Assembly: GCA_951406725.2 (NCBI GenBank)
Contig: OX597834.1
Location: 30,628,001 to 30,692,000 of the forward strand
Direction of reading: 5' to 3'
DNA from: Octopus vulgaris
Lineage: Eukaryota
Length of the DNA: 64,000 nt
Position numbers and translations under genes: made by a program. Below, in pieces: positions 39,811 through 54,204 of the stretch (position 1 is the first letter of the stretch; every line of letters starts with the position of its first letter). Under the pieces are notes generated by a model that was not told where the DNA came from, searched no databases, and saw only the letters and a program-made list of their open reading frames with translations.

Positions 39811-40274
39811 CATATGTTACTCATAAGCAATAAATACATTTCCACCCTCTCGCAAGAATTCTTTCTAAATATCTATCAACAGCCACCCCTATATTTCTAT
39901 CAATTCACATTTGGGTACATATAAATGAGGGTGTACAGTATAATCCCAACGTTTATAATCTTTCATAAGTGCACAGACACACATAGATGCGTGCATACAT
40001 ATTCATTTTGATACAGAAATACACAAAGAAGTAAACCATACATTTAGTAGAAGTTCTTATTTGAAAACTGATGATTGATGCTGTTGCTACTCCGAGTACC
40101 TTATCTGTATATCTGAGTAATCACTGGTCAGGTGATAAATACCCAGGTTTTCTTTATTCTTCCCTCTTGTCTGAAGGATTGTAAATAGCTAGAAACTTAC
40201 AAGTCTAAAGGATTGCAAGTAGATTTGAAGTTAATCCCTAACTTCAGATGAATATATAATATATATATATAATG

Positions 40275-40652
40275 GCCTCCGTGCCGGTGGCATGTAAAAG
40301 CACCATCCGTTCGTGTCCGTTGCCAGCCTCGCCTGGCCCCCATGCCGGTGGCATGTAGCACCATCCATTTGTGGCCATTGCCAACCTCGCCTGGCCCCCG
40401 TGCCGATGGCACGTAAAAGCACCATCCGTTCGTGGCCGTTTGCCAGCTCCGTCTGGCACCTGTGCGGGTGGCACGTAAAAAGCACCCACTACACTCACGG
40501 AGTGGTTGGCGGTAGGAAGGGCATCCAGCCGTAGAAACACTGCCAGATCAGACTGGGCCTGATGCAGCCTTCTGGCTTCACAGACCCCAGTTGAACCATC
40601 CAACCCATACTAGCATGGAAAGCGGACGCTAAATGATGATGATGATGATGAT
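40275..40652 (+). mobile_element. RTE-related 3' UTR element with an internal tandem array of about 60-bp units
   Basis: 3-4 units of gtgccggtggcacgtaaaagcaccatccgttcgtggccgttgccagcctcgcctggcccc, then the family core and a (GAT)n tail. Confidence 0.7.
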
Positions 40653-40785
40653 ATATATATACATGCACACATCATCTAGGTAGTGGAGCGGCATCATTCA
40701 AAAGCTAAAACAATTCCAAATACATTGTGATCAGTGATGTATAACATCAGATAATCTGGTCAATACCATGATATATATATATATT

Positions 40786-40836
<51 letters not shown>

Positions 40837-42399
40837 CACACACACATACATACACCCACACATATATGCGTACATGTATAGATACACAAATGGATAGATA
40901 GACAGATAGATATGTGCAAATACACACATTCATATAATAGCTAGTTTAGAAACAACCACATAGGCCCACCACACACCCATCCAACCAACCAGTCAGTCAG
41001 TATGCCAAACATGCCACCAGACTAATATCTACTACAGTGGTATCTGCTGACCATTGTTAGTCATACCTGACATCCTTTACACTGACAATCAACCTACCTT
41101 TCAGCAGAGCAGTACATGCCCATTCATGTATATACAAATGTATACACATTTAGTCGTATATACATGAATGAGCACATATAGACATGTTTTGTATGTACAT
41201 ATTTTTCTTTATTCTTTTACTAATTTCAGTCACTTGACTGTGGCCTTGCTGGAGCACTGCTTTAGTCAAACAAATCGACCCCCACAACTTATTCTTTGTA
41301 AGCCTAGTACTTATTCTATCACTCTTTTTTGCCGAACCGCTAGCTTACATGGATGTAAACACACCAACATCAGTTGTCAAAAGACGGTGGGGAGGGGACG
41401 GACTAAGACTAAAGTAGAAGACATTTGCCTGAGGTGTCATGTAGTGGGACTGAACCTGAAGCCATGTGGTTGGGAAGCAAGTTTCTTACCACAGAGCCAT
41501 GCCTGTGCCTGGTGGATGTGAAGAGGTAAAAGTAACAGGAAAATCCATTTCTGGATTTATATAATGGAAAAAATTAGTTTTGTAAGGTGGGGAGATGCTG
41601 GGCATAGCATGGCAGGCATTATAATACACACACACACAGATAGATCATCAGTAAATCATAAATCCTCAATAGAAGCATCCTCCAAATTATAGAACAATAA
41701 AGAGTACAAAAGAAAGATATGGCTGGTCTATGGGGTCAGCCAGGGTTTCATGTTCACAAAGTGCTTAGTTGGACAGTGTTTCTTCACTGGATTATGATAA
41801 TGATGATATACACACATTACACAAACACTTGCATATATATATATATATATATCTATATATATATGCATATACACACACACACATATATATACACACACAT
41901 ACATACACACATATATGTATACACATACATACATATATACACACACACATATATACACATACACACATATATATACATATATATATACATATATACTCAC
42001 ACACATATATACATATATACACACACATATATACATATATACATACATATATATATATACATCCATATATATATATATACGTAGATGCATACATATATAT
42101 ATACATCCATATATATATATATATATACGTACATACACACATACATATATATATGTACATACACACATACATATATAGATACATACATACATATATACAC
42201 ATACTTACATACATATAGAAATAAACATATATATACACACACATATACATATCCACATTAGTATATATATATATGCACATATACATACATCAATCACATA
42301 CATATATGCATACAGTCACACACACACACATATATACACATACTTACATACATATAGAAATAAACATATATATACACACACATATACATATCCACATTA

Positions 42400-42440
<41 letters not shown>

Positions 42441-43255
42441 TATATATACATCAATCACATACATATATGCATACATAGTCACACACACACACACATATAT
42501 ACACATACTTACATACATATAGAAATAAACATATATATACACACACATATACATATCCACATTAGTATATATATATATGCACATATATATATACATCAAT
42601 CACATACATATATACATACATAGTCACACACACAGACATACATATATACATACGTACATACATACACACAAAATCACATCTATATGTATATGTGTGACTA
42701 AATATTATTACAATAATGATAAATGTATATCATTTGAAAAGTGTCAAAAACCTTGCTAATTCAGTAGTAGTAGTAGTAATAATAGTAGTAGTCAGTCAGT
42801 CAGTCAGAGGGACAGAGAGAAGATAAAACTGGAGTTAATGAGGACAGATCTAACTCTCAAGGAAAATCCAAAGGTAGCCCTCACCACCTAACCAGTATGA
42901 TTTAGGGAGGAATAAAAATCTTATTGTATGTAGGTATGTAAGTGTATGCACGTACGCATACATTACATGTGTGCGTGTATATATATATATATATATATAT
43001 ACTTACAATGTATGTATGTATGTATGTGTATGCACGTACGCATACATTACATGTGTGCGTGCTTGTATATCTATATATGCTTACAATGTATGTATATATG
43101 TATCTCTCCCTATATGCATATGTGTGTGTGTGTGTGTGTAGACATACTGATGGCTAAATGCTAAATATAGACAAGACTTACAGACAATCAATAGAAGCTA
43201 ACAACAGATCAATGAAGGCACAAGAATTGATAGATCGGTAAAACGGTGGAGATAT

Positions 43256-43337
<82 letters not shown>

Positions 43338-44033
43338 AAAGAGGCACGTCAAGGCAGGCAGGTAGATTTATATACATATAAAAGATAGATAATTAGATAT
43401 CTACCAGATAGATAGATCAGTCTCTATCTATCTATGATATGTGAGTATGTGTGTGTGTACACATATAAGATAGGTCAGTGGATGGTAGAAGACAGGTAGA
43501 TGGAGGTAGGTACCATAGTTTAGCTATGTAGGTAAACAGGTAGGTGGATAGTTATAGGGATAGATAATTACAGAGATGGCTAGAGAAAGGGAGAGAGTGA
43601 GAGGGAAGCAAATGGCAAGGTTGACAGAAGAGGAAGAGTTAGAAAATGATGACAAACCTCAGCAGTGAATTGAAGATGTTCAACGTCATCGTCATCAATT
43701 AGTATAAAAGAGAGAGAGAGAGGACTGAAATTAGCGAGAAGGCAGCCAGTCACCAGAGGTATACCAACAGCATGTGAGACCGTTGCTAAGCAGTCGACAA
43801 GTGTAGCGGTAGAATCGGTAAAGGAGGAGGCGGGGGGGGGGGTAAGGTGTGGAAGCAATGCAAGAGATTCAGCCGGCTGCCCACATCACTATCATCGTCA
43901 GCATCATCATTACAGCTGCTGCTGCTACACGTGGATTTTTCAAAGATCCGTTTCATTTCCGTGTGTGTATGTGTGTGTGCATGCATAGACATATATACAT
44001 TGTCAAAATTTCTTTTGTATACACACACACTTG

Positions 44034-44078
<45 letters not shown>

Positions 44079-44175
44079 CCATAAATACATTTACACACAT
44101 GTTCAAACACGTATATGCACAAGATACAGATATATGCATACAAATATAATCATCACAGACAAGCATATACATACT

Positions 44176-44217
<42 letters not shown>

Positions 44218-44743
44218 TAAATGTGTGGACATAGTTTTACATACTCACACTACACCCATATTACACACTATTTTACTAACACATACAAACGCATACATAT
44301 TTCAAACAGATTATGCAAATGTGCTCTCAGCACAAACACATTACACATGTGTAACACACCTTGCGTAACACACCTTATATATATATATATATATATACCT
44401 GTTGCACAAATATTATAAGCACACACACACATGTACACAAGCCAACAGGGTGGGGATTCAATGCAGTCATTTAATCTCCAAAGAACAAGTGTGATTCCCC
44501 TCAAATTATATTCTAGAAAGTAGGACACACTGCATGCTATGGTCTAGTGAGCCTCAGTAGACAGGAGTGGTCATGGCTGGAATGAATAAATTTGTTCACA
44601 CATTTTTATTTTGGGGGCTGGTCAAGTCTGACCGGGGACTCAACAGTTACAAGCGTAGATATTACAATACACTCATGTACATATACATAGCTATGCACAC
44701 AAATAATTACACACACATCCACGCATGCGCGTGTGTGTATGTA

Positions 44744-44779
<36 letters not shown>

Positions 44780-44867
44780 CATGTATATGTATGTGTATAT
44801 TATTTTATTTATTTTATTTTATCTAGTTTCATCTCCCGAGCTGTGGCCATGTTGGGGCACCGCCATT

Positions 44868-44911
<44 letters not shown>

Positions 44912-45950
44912 CATATATACAAATACACACACACATACATACAGATGCACACATATATTCATGCACATACTCCCACACACATTACATATACAGACATATA
45001 CATGCAGACGTATGCACAGATATGCACACACATACATGCAGTTGCATATCCCCCCCACACACACACACACATACATGCAAGTACATATCCCACCCACACA
45101 CATATATAGACACACACACACCCACACATATATTGGTGAGGATGATACGGGTTGCACTCTTAGCAGGAACAGTAACTTGAAGAGACAGAGGAAGAGAAAG
45201 GGGTGGAGGGGGTTCAGAGACAATAATCACAGGAGGAGAAGGAGGAGAGACGTGGGAGTGGGTATTGAGGGTGAAAGGCAAGAGAAGAAATGGTGTAGAA
45301 CAACAGAGCTATATGGTACCCCATCACTACCCCCATCATTGACCTTTTTAGTACCAAACAGGTGGATGGGGTTTTTTTTGTTTTTTTTTTCTTTGGTGCA
45401 CATCATACCTCCACTCTCCCTATATTTCTTTCTCCCACCACCATCACCACCACACATTCCTCCACCTGCTAGGTATTTCATCCTCCTACCGCACTGTTCC
45501 TCCACCCCTGATATATTTCATTCTCCCACCACCATTATTCCTCCACCCTTTTATCTTCTACATGTTTCAGACATTGGACTGTGGCCATGCTGGGGCACTG
45601 CCTTGAAGGGTCTTAGTCAAACAAATTTACCCCAGCGCTTACATTTCAGGTTAATATTCTCTTTTGCCAAGCTGCTAAGTTACAGGACATAAACAAACCA
45701 ACAGCAGTTGTCAAGTATGCACATCTCTCTATCTGTCCTCTCTCCCTGTCAATATGCACATATACATGCATGCACATATACAGACATATACATACACACA
45801 CATATACAGAGGCTTCCACACAGCTTCATCAACCAAATCCACTCACAAATCACTGATCAGCCCAGGGATATAGCAAAATAAAAAACATTTGTCCAAGGTG
45901 CCATGCAGTGATATATATATATGTGCATACACATATATATATATGCATAC

Positions 45951-45993
<43 letters not shown>

Positions 45994-46032
45994 TATACAC
46001 ATATATATGCATACATATATATATATGCATAC

Positions 46033-46071
<39 letters not shown>

Positions 46072-46078
46072 TGCATAC

Positions 46079-46110
<32 letters not shown>

Positions 46111-46688
46111 GCATGCATACATATGTATATATATATATATATATGCATGCATACATATGTATATATATATATATATATGCATGCATACATATGTATATAT
46201 ATATATATGCATGCATACATATGTATATATATATATGCATGCATACATATGTATATATATATGCATGCATACATATGTATATGCATACATGCATATACAT
46301 GCATACATACAGATAGCATACATGCATACATATATATGCATACATACATACATACATACACATACACATAAATGCACACACAAACATACATACACACACA
46401 TACACACATCTATATATAAGCACATGATTCCTTCATCCACCTTACACCCAATATTTCATTCACCCGGTCTACTTTTCATTCACCCCCCCCACTACATTTC
46501 ATTTCATTCACTAAATCCATGAAATGTCCACCTACCCCCGCACCCTGAGTACCCCGAATCCCACCCCATAACACCTACTAGCATATATGGACAAAGCCTG
46601 TCAGATTAATAATAAATAATGCCCTTTTTCCAATCGGAGACCCTTGGCTTTCATTTCTTCTTTCTACACTTCTCATTTATTACCTATC

Positions 46689-46721
<33 letters not shown>

Positions 46722-47457
46722 TTTTGGTTTTTGTTGTTTTTCCGTTGCTGCCTCCTTCTCTTTGTCTTTCTCTCTCTCCCTTTATATCTTTCATTCTCTC
46801 TGTTTCTCTCTCTCTCTCTTTATTTCTTACCCTCTTTCTGAATCTCTCAGACTTTCTCTTCCTTCATCCCTCCCTCCCTCCCTCGCATCTCTTTTGCCTG
46901 TTTAGAATTCAACAAGTCTTTTACAACAGACAACCACCACCACCACTACTACTACTATTACTACTACATCAAGGAAACAATGCAAGATACTCCCCCCAGC
47001 ACCCCCACCTATCATACCATACAATGACACACACGCAATGATATGTGCACCACACACACAAACTGAACACAGAGAGGTGGAGTAGTCAGAGTACAAAAGA
47101 GGGGAGAAGGAGGAGTAGAGAACTGAAGTCAAAATTCTTGCAGTCTGAATGAATGAGATTAGGTAGGGTTCACTATACACACACACACACACACACACAC
47201 AACCACCCTCTCTGTACCTCTCTCACTCTATCTCTCCTTACTATTCAGCTTCTCTTCCTCTTCCCCATCCTTCTCTTCTTCCTCTCCATCTATCCTTCCC
47301 CTTTTCCTCTAGCTCCTCTCTTTCTTCCAGCTCTCCTCACATCTTTCTCCCTTAACTCTTTCTCACTCCCTCACTCCACTCATCTGCCCTTATTTTACTT
47401 TCATCTCTCTCAATCAGTTCTTCCTCACCACACCAGCTCCCTCCCTCTTACACCACA

Positions 47458-48438
47458 CACTCAAACTGCCTAGCAGCTCAGCAGCTCCACTCAAGCCGCC
47501 TAGCAGCCTTACTCAAGCTGCCTAGCAGTGCAGCAGCTCCACTCAAGCTGCCTAGCAGTGCAGCAGCCCCACTCAAGCTGCCTAGCAGTGCAGCAGCCCC
47601 ACTTAAACAGCTTTAACAGTTCAGCAGCCCCACTCAAGCTGCTTAGCAGTTCAGAAGCTCCACTCAAGCTGCCTAGCAGTTCAGCAGCTCCACTCAAGCT
47701 GCCTAGCAGCTCAGCAGCACCACTCAAGCTGCTTAGCAGTTCAGTAGCACCACTCAAGCTGCCTAACAGTTCAGCAGCTCCACTCAAGCTGCCCAGCAGT
47801 TCAGCAGCACCACTCAAGCTACCCAGCAGTTCAGCAGCTCCACTCAAGCTGCCCAGCAGTTCAGCAGCTCCGCTCAAGCTGCCCAGCAGTTCAGCAGCTC
47901 CACTCTAGCTGCCTAGCAGTTCAGCAGCTCCACTCGAGCTGCTTAGCAGTTCAGCAGCACCACTCTAGCTGCCTAGCAGTTCAGCAGCTCCACTCAAACT
48001 GCCTAGCAGTTCAGCAGCTCCACTCAAGCTGCCTAGCAGTTCAGAAGCTCCACTCAAGCTGCCTAGCAGTTCAGCAACTCAAGCTGCCTAGCAGTTCAGC
48101 AGCTCTACTCAAGCTGCCTAGCAGTTCAGCAACTCCACTCAAGCCGCCTAGCAGCTCAGCAGCTCCACTCAAACTGCCTAGCAGCTCTACTCAAGCTGCC
48201 TAGCAGCTCAGCAGCACCACTCAAGCTGCTTAGCAGTTCAGTAGCCCCACTCAAGCTGCCCAGCAGTTCAGCAGCTTCACTCAAGCTGCCCAGCAGTTCA
48301 GTAGCACCACTCAAGTTGCTTAGCAGTTCAGCAGCTCCACTCGAGCTGCCTAGCAGTTCAGCAGCTCCACTCAAGTTGCTTAGCAGTTCAGCAGCTCCAC
48401 TCAAGTTGCTTAGCAGTTCAGCAGCTCCACTCAAGTTG
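47458..48438. repeat. 30-bp minisatellite, about 32 units (cactcaagctgcctagcagttcagcagctc)
   Basis: Direct tandem repetition with a few shortened units. Confidence 0.95.
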
Positions 48439-49176
48439 GCCTCACAGTTTCTCTGGATATAGGTTGCCAGGGAATCCTGCTGCTCTGTTTTCTTTTTGCA
48501 ATGCACAGAGGAATCCCGTTCCCTGCAGAGCCCTGTTGCATGGCGTGTCCTGTTGCTTGGGTTCAGGAGCTGGGATCAGGTCAAGAATTTTATTGCATAG
48601 GTTCAGTTCAGACACTTCTCTTAGAAGCAGCAGCAACACCATCCTGCATATGTGTGTGCATACATTACATACACGACTACAACAACAACCTACATACACA
48701 ACCCACTGTTTGCATGTGTGTGTGGCGGGGGGGAGGGTGATGGCAGCATCCAATGTGTCTCACTGTTCCAGTATTGATTTTTTTTTCTTAGCCTGGCGGA
48801 GAGAAAGACAGAGAAATTGGTTCCCCCCCTCTTCTTTTCCCCTCCTACTCCCAACAAGTGTGTGCACACGTGTGTGTCTGTGTGTGCGTGCATGAATGAA
48901 TGCATGCGTGCATGTGTCTGTGTGTGCGTGCGTGTTGTGAGAGGCAGTGAGGGAGGGGAGCAAGGGAAGCAGGCAGGGTTGTAGGTGTTGGAAGGTTCAT
49001 TGGAAGTGTGAGGCAGAAAGTGGAGTGCAAGGGTATATATAATATATATATATAGATAGAGAGAGAGAGAAAGGGGAGAGGGGGAGTGGAATGGAGAGCA
49101 AGGGGAGGTAGTAGTGGCAGATAACTGAACAGGAGAGGAGGAGAGATAAGCAGAAGGATAGATAACCAGACAGAGG

Positions 49177-49234
<58 letters not shown>

Positions 49235-50081
49235 CATACATACATACATACCACAAGAGAGAGAGAGAGAGAGAAAGAAGGGTGGATGGAGACATAGACA
49301 GAGAGATAGATGGATGGAGATAGACAGATACGGAGATATAGAGGGAGATAGGTAGGTAGCTAGATAGATAACTATGTGTAGGTGTGTATATATATATATA
49401 TATATACATACCACGAGAGAGAGAGAGAAGGGCGGATGGAGACATAGAGATATATAGAGGGAGATAGGTAGATAGATAACTGTATGCGTAGGTGTGTAGG
49501 TGTGTATTATGTATGTATGTTTGTATGCATGTATGTATGTATGTATGTATGCATATTATGTATGTATGCATATTATGTATGCATGCATGTATGTATAGCA
49601 TGTATGTATAGTTAGAGTGAAAAGCAGATATGACAACCATCCAAACTAAATGAAGATACGAGAGACAGAGAGATGGAAACAATGGCAGGAGAGGTGGTGG
49701 TGATGTTAGTGGGTAAATATAAGCAGGGTGGTTCTGGAGATAAGGAAAAAGGGTGGTTGCAGGGGGTAGTGGGGAGGAGAGGATAGAGGGAAGCCGGAAC
49801 AATCAATTAAGTGAAAGTCAGCTAATGTGAACTTAAGATATATATATGGGTGGGTATGATGAATACAGGGGTGAATTACGGGGAGGGGGGATTGTGAAGG
49901 TAGATACATACACACACAATATATACATACACACACACAATATATACATATACACACACAATATATACATAAATATACACAATATATACGTGTATACACA
50001 CACACAGTATATATGTATATACGTGTGTATATATATATACGTGTATACACACACACACGGTATATATATATTATATATATA

Positions 50082-50125
<44 letters not shown>

Positions 50126-50243
50126 CATACATACATACACACAAATAGTGTGTGAACTCAAATACATATGCGCACACAATATATACATATACACACACAC
50201 ACAATATATATATATATATATTTATATACACACACAAACACAT

Positions 50244-50279
<36 letters not shown>

Positions 50280-50313
50280 TACACACACTGTAATAAGTTT
50301 GTGTAGTAAACAC

Positions 50314-50690
50314 TACGAGATGCATTCAAGAAGTTTTTAGACCTTTTTAGGAGAAGCAGTTATAACTGTCCTAGTATATAGTCATTTTAGTAGTGTATCA
50401 TTCCTATACGTCTAATAAGCTGACCTGCCACCTTTTGTTATTCCAGATTGAAGGAGAGGGCTGTAACAGCACTTCCAACACTGCTTGTCAGAGTTGACTT
50501 AGTCTGCAGAATGCAATCAGGATGTGGAAGACAACGGAAGCTGTGTATGCAATCAAGTTTTGAGCTGAACTGGGCCAAAGCATTACATGAGATCTTATGA
50601 AACGCTCCAGACTGCTTACAGATAAAACTTGTAGGGAGCTGAGCATCTGTTTATCAGGGGCGCTGGAGGCCAGGCAAAGCAAGTCTACAG
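50314..50690 (+). pseudogene. Mariner-type transposon relic (5' TIR plus N-terminal HTH of the transposase)
   Basis: TA-CGAGATGCATTCAAGAAGT terminus at 50314. Decayed translation YAIKF*AELGQSIT / YETLQTAY / S*ASVY at 50546-50660 resembles the mariner N-terminus QRYAIKFC-KLGKSATETY-ML--AYG---SRA-V--W. Confidence 0.7.
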
Positions 50691-50885
50691 TACCTATACT
50701 ATGTGTGTGTGTGTGTGGAGAGAGAGAGAGTGTGTGTGTGTGTGTGTGTATGTGTGTGCGTGTGCATATACCAAGATGATGACATGAATGTGGGAAATTA
50801 TATTTAAGTGCATTCAGAGGAGTGAACACTGCTTGTGCCTGTGGGTATAATGGCATATACAGACATATTTATGTTTGAAAAGTAT

Positions 50886-50929
<44 letters not shown>

Positions 50930-51656
50930 TGTAATAAATAAAATATATGCATACATACATACATATATGTATGTACCTACATCTACATGTATATATACAT
51001 GCATATATAAATATATATATACGTGAGTACAGGACACCACAACTAGACGTAGAACTCAATGAGAAACAAAAACGGAAAAACAAGCATGGAACAAACCATT
51101 TTTTTACAACAGAAAAACAGAGTACAAAACAAACTACACAAGGAAAAATCCCCTTCATCAGCTGTCCCTAGTTCAACTCTAACGTGTTTCGAAGGTAAGA
51201 CAGAACACGACTCGTCAAACTAGCCCTTCCTGCGAGAGATTTAAAATAAAATTACTTCGCAGAGGGGTAAAAACAAAGAAAGAAAAAAATGTAACACAAA
51301 CAGGACGCAAAAATGATACAAATAAAAATACATGTACAAGATAGGGGTTATGGGTGTAACCCACTATGTGATATCATTCATCCAATATACTGTTGGTAAA
51401 GTACCCAAATTCTTAATACATAAATGCTTTTAATTGCAATGCAATTAAGTCATTTATTGTATTAAACGGGTGAAGGTAAAGAAATATTTTTACCGTAAAT
51501 TTATAATACAAATAAGAAAATGGAGAAACAAATTTGGTTTGTTCATCAACTATGGATCCAACATTATAATGTTGGATCCATAAGTTGATGAACAAACCAA
51601 ATTTGTTTCTCTATTTTCTTACTTGGATTATATATATATATATGTATATATATATA

Positions 51657-52027
51657 CTAAGGTATCGCCCAGCGTTGCTCGGTTTGTAAGGGAAATAACT
51701 ATATATTTTTAGAGAGTTATAGCCAAAAATAGCAAAAAATCCATTAAAAAAAAAAAATGATGGTAAATTTTTTTTAAATCGTTGACTCATAGACATTTTT
51801 AGAGTCACTTCTAATAAAGAAAATGCATTAAAATGGAAAAAAATGATGGTAAATTTTTTTTTAAATTGTAGACTCATCGTAGACGCGCGCTAATACCCAG
51901 AAGGGCTTGATATGAATCACGACTATAAGATACCCGGTTTTGGTTAAACTGCACCGCAAAATGTGGGAGTAGTTAGGAATCTAAATCGTAGGAGACAGAC
52001 ACACAACTTCACTTTTATATATAAAGA
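51657..52027 (-). mobile_element. Non-autonomous Helitron with an internal direct duplication
   Basis: Minus strand A|TCTTTATATATAAAAGTGAAGTTG start (similar to the 25321 element), subterminal ccgagcaacgctggg, ends gataccTTAG|T (CTAG variant). The segment aaaaaatgatggtaaattttttt..gactcat occurs twice. Confidence 0.75.
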
Positions 52028-52273
52028 TATATATATATAATCCACACCATATACACTGTTGCTGTACACAATGATGATGATGCTGTTCACTCAGTCACAC
52101 TCACTCACGCAATTCCATTCAGACACGTGCCCCACGTTCATTAAGAAACAATCAACATTCCTCCATAAATGGCAACAAGGAACCTTTAAACCAGCAGAAC
52201 ATCAACAACCGACTTGCTGACCTTCACCATCAAAATGGGGTTGAGGAATGTAATATATATTCTTATACATCAT

Positions 52274-52304
<31 letters not shown>

Positions 52305-52327
52305 AGAGGTAGTTTGGCTCCCAAATG

Positions 52328-52341
52328 GTTACCATAGCAAC
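52328..52341. promoter_or_regulatory. RFX X-box motif GTTACCATAGCAAC
   Basis: Exact match to the X-box consensus GTYNCY-AT-RGCAAC, inside a non-repetitive island (52310-52510). Confidence 0.5.
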
Positions 52342-52539
52342 AGTGGTGTGATAATCATTGTGGTCCATCAGAGAAGGATGTCATTAATTCTGGAAACGAT
52401 TATGAATCAGCAATTAGTGATAATTGCATTTGGTGCCTTGGTGGCACACAATGCGACGGGGAGCACACGATGCGACAGGAGCCACTTCTAACCTTCTCTT
52501 TGGTTACTGTCAGTGACACCAATGATTTTGTTCAGTTTC

Positions 52540-52932
52540 AGCTGAACGTATGGCCTCTCACTGTGGCCACAAGTGAATTGGTCAGCTGGCTATATTAATG
52601 ACCTCTTTACCAATAGCCACAACAAGTGGTGTGACTGACCTCTCTTATTATGGTCAGCTGGTGATTTTAGTGATCTCTCTCACTCTAGTCAAAACAGACC
52701 ACTAACTTAGGTCAACTGCCAAAGTTAGTAAATGACCTCTCTTGCTGAATCCACAACAGGTGATATGTCTTCCTGTGTCATGATCAACAGGTGATATTAG
52801 TGACCTCTATCACTACAGCCATAAGCTGTGAATACGACTGACCTTCCTCAGAGTCAATGGACAATATTAATGAGTGACCACTCACTGTAGCCAAAACAAG
52901 TGACACAACTGACCTCCCTCATCATGGTCAAC

Positions 52933-52969
<37 letters not shown>

Positions 52970-53290
52970 TGTGTACAGTGCTCAGGTGCACTACAACTCA
53001 TCTAAAGTGTATATATAATCAGGTGTAGTTTCGGCGGATTTCGGAAAGCACGAGGGCCTTAAAGGATGCAGTGTCATGGCAGTCAACAACTGACGCAGGC
53101 AGTTTATTCCATGCTTCAGCAACTCTGAGCGTGAGAAAATGTTTCCGAAAGTCATGGGAGCTGTGTTGTTTTCTGACTTTGTAGGCATGTCCACGTGTGT
53201 TCCACATAATATGAATGATCTCTTCCCACTATGGCCACAACAAGTGAACAGGTCAACTGGCTGTATTAATGGCTATTTCCACTGCACCCA
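52540..53290. repeat. Old degenerate tandem repeat (about 60-72 bp units) interrupted by the CR1 fragment
   Basis: ggtca(a/g)ctgg..atattaatgacctct..cact.tagccacaacaagtga recurs on both sides of the LINE insertion. Confidence 0.7.
52937..53205 (-). mobile_element. 5'-truncated CR1/L2-clade LINE 3' end with a (TTA)n tail
   Basis: ORF NTRGHAYKVRKQHSSHDFRKHFLTLRVAEAWNKLPASVVDCHDTASFKALVLSEIRRNYT* matches the CR1 ORF2 C-terminal motif TRGH..K...R..FF..RV...WN.LP..VV....FK; followed by a short 3' UTR and a microsatellite tail. Confidence 0.85.
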
Positions 53291-53759
53291 CAACTACATT
53301 CATCATCATAGGCAGATTTCTCTTACAACAGCCATTGGTCATCTGGTAACCATATTTTCTGCCAAGTCAAATTTTTCAAACCAAAATTTACAATGAAAAA
53401 AAGGCAAGTAGATTTTATGCCCTGAAACAGTTCTGGAAGAGCAAAAATTCCATGTGAAATGCAGCAGGGTTTGGAAAGAGAGTGATGCCATTTGAATGTT
53501 TACACTGTGCACCATGTTAACCTGTATGAAAGAAAATACAGTTTAGGCGTGACCATGCTTACTAAAGCCACAACGGGTGACAAGTAGTACACCTGGTACC
53601 TTTCTCACTGTGATCAGTTTGTGATTTATTTGACCACTGGTCATCATAATCGCTGATGGTGGCCTCCCATTGTGCTTCCAGCTAGTCACCTAAGTGGTCA
53701 ATGTGATTACATTATGTGATCACCATAGCCACATATGCTAACACTAGAAAATGTGCAAG

Positions 53760-53790
<31 letters not shown>

Positions 53791-54164
53791 GTGTGTGTGT
53801 ATGTATGTATGTATGTGCCTGTATGTATGTATATGTGTATGTGTACCTGTATGTATGTATGTATGTATGTGTGTATGTATGTATGTGCCTGTATGTATGT
53901 GTGTATGTATGTGTGCCTGTATGTGTGTATGTATGTATGTGTGCCTGTATGTATGTATGTGTGCATGTATGTGTGTATGTGTGTATGTATGTGTGCCTGT
54001 GTGTATGTGTGTATGTATGTATGTGTGCCTGTATGTGTGTATGTATGTATGTGTGTGTGTGTGTATGTGTGCCTGTATGTATGTATGTATGTATGTATGT
54101 ATGTGTGTATGTATGTATGTATGTATGTATGTGTGTATGTATGTGTGTGTGTATGTATGTGTGT

Positions 54165-54204
<40 letters not shown>

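Noticed and set aside
43580-43960. Protein-looking minus-strand stretch MKRIFEKSTCSSSS...PPPP with a phase-1 donor that would fit the 32377 exon
   Set aside because: It needs an indel in the G homopolymer or an acceptor without a pyrimidine tract; too many assumptions.
46906-47082. Plus-strand acceptor followed by NSTSLLQQTTTT...PPAPPPIIP
   Set aside because: Largely trinucleotide repeat, with a weak donor and no partner exons.
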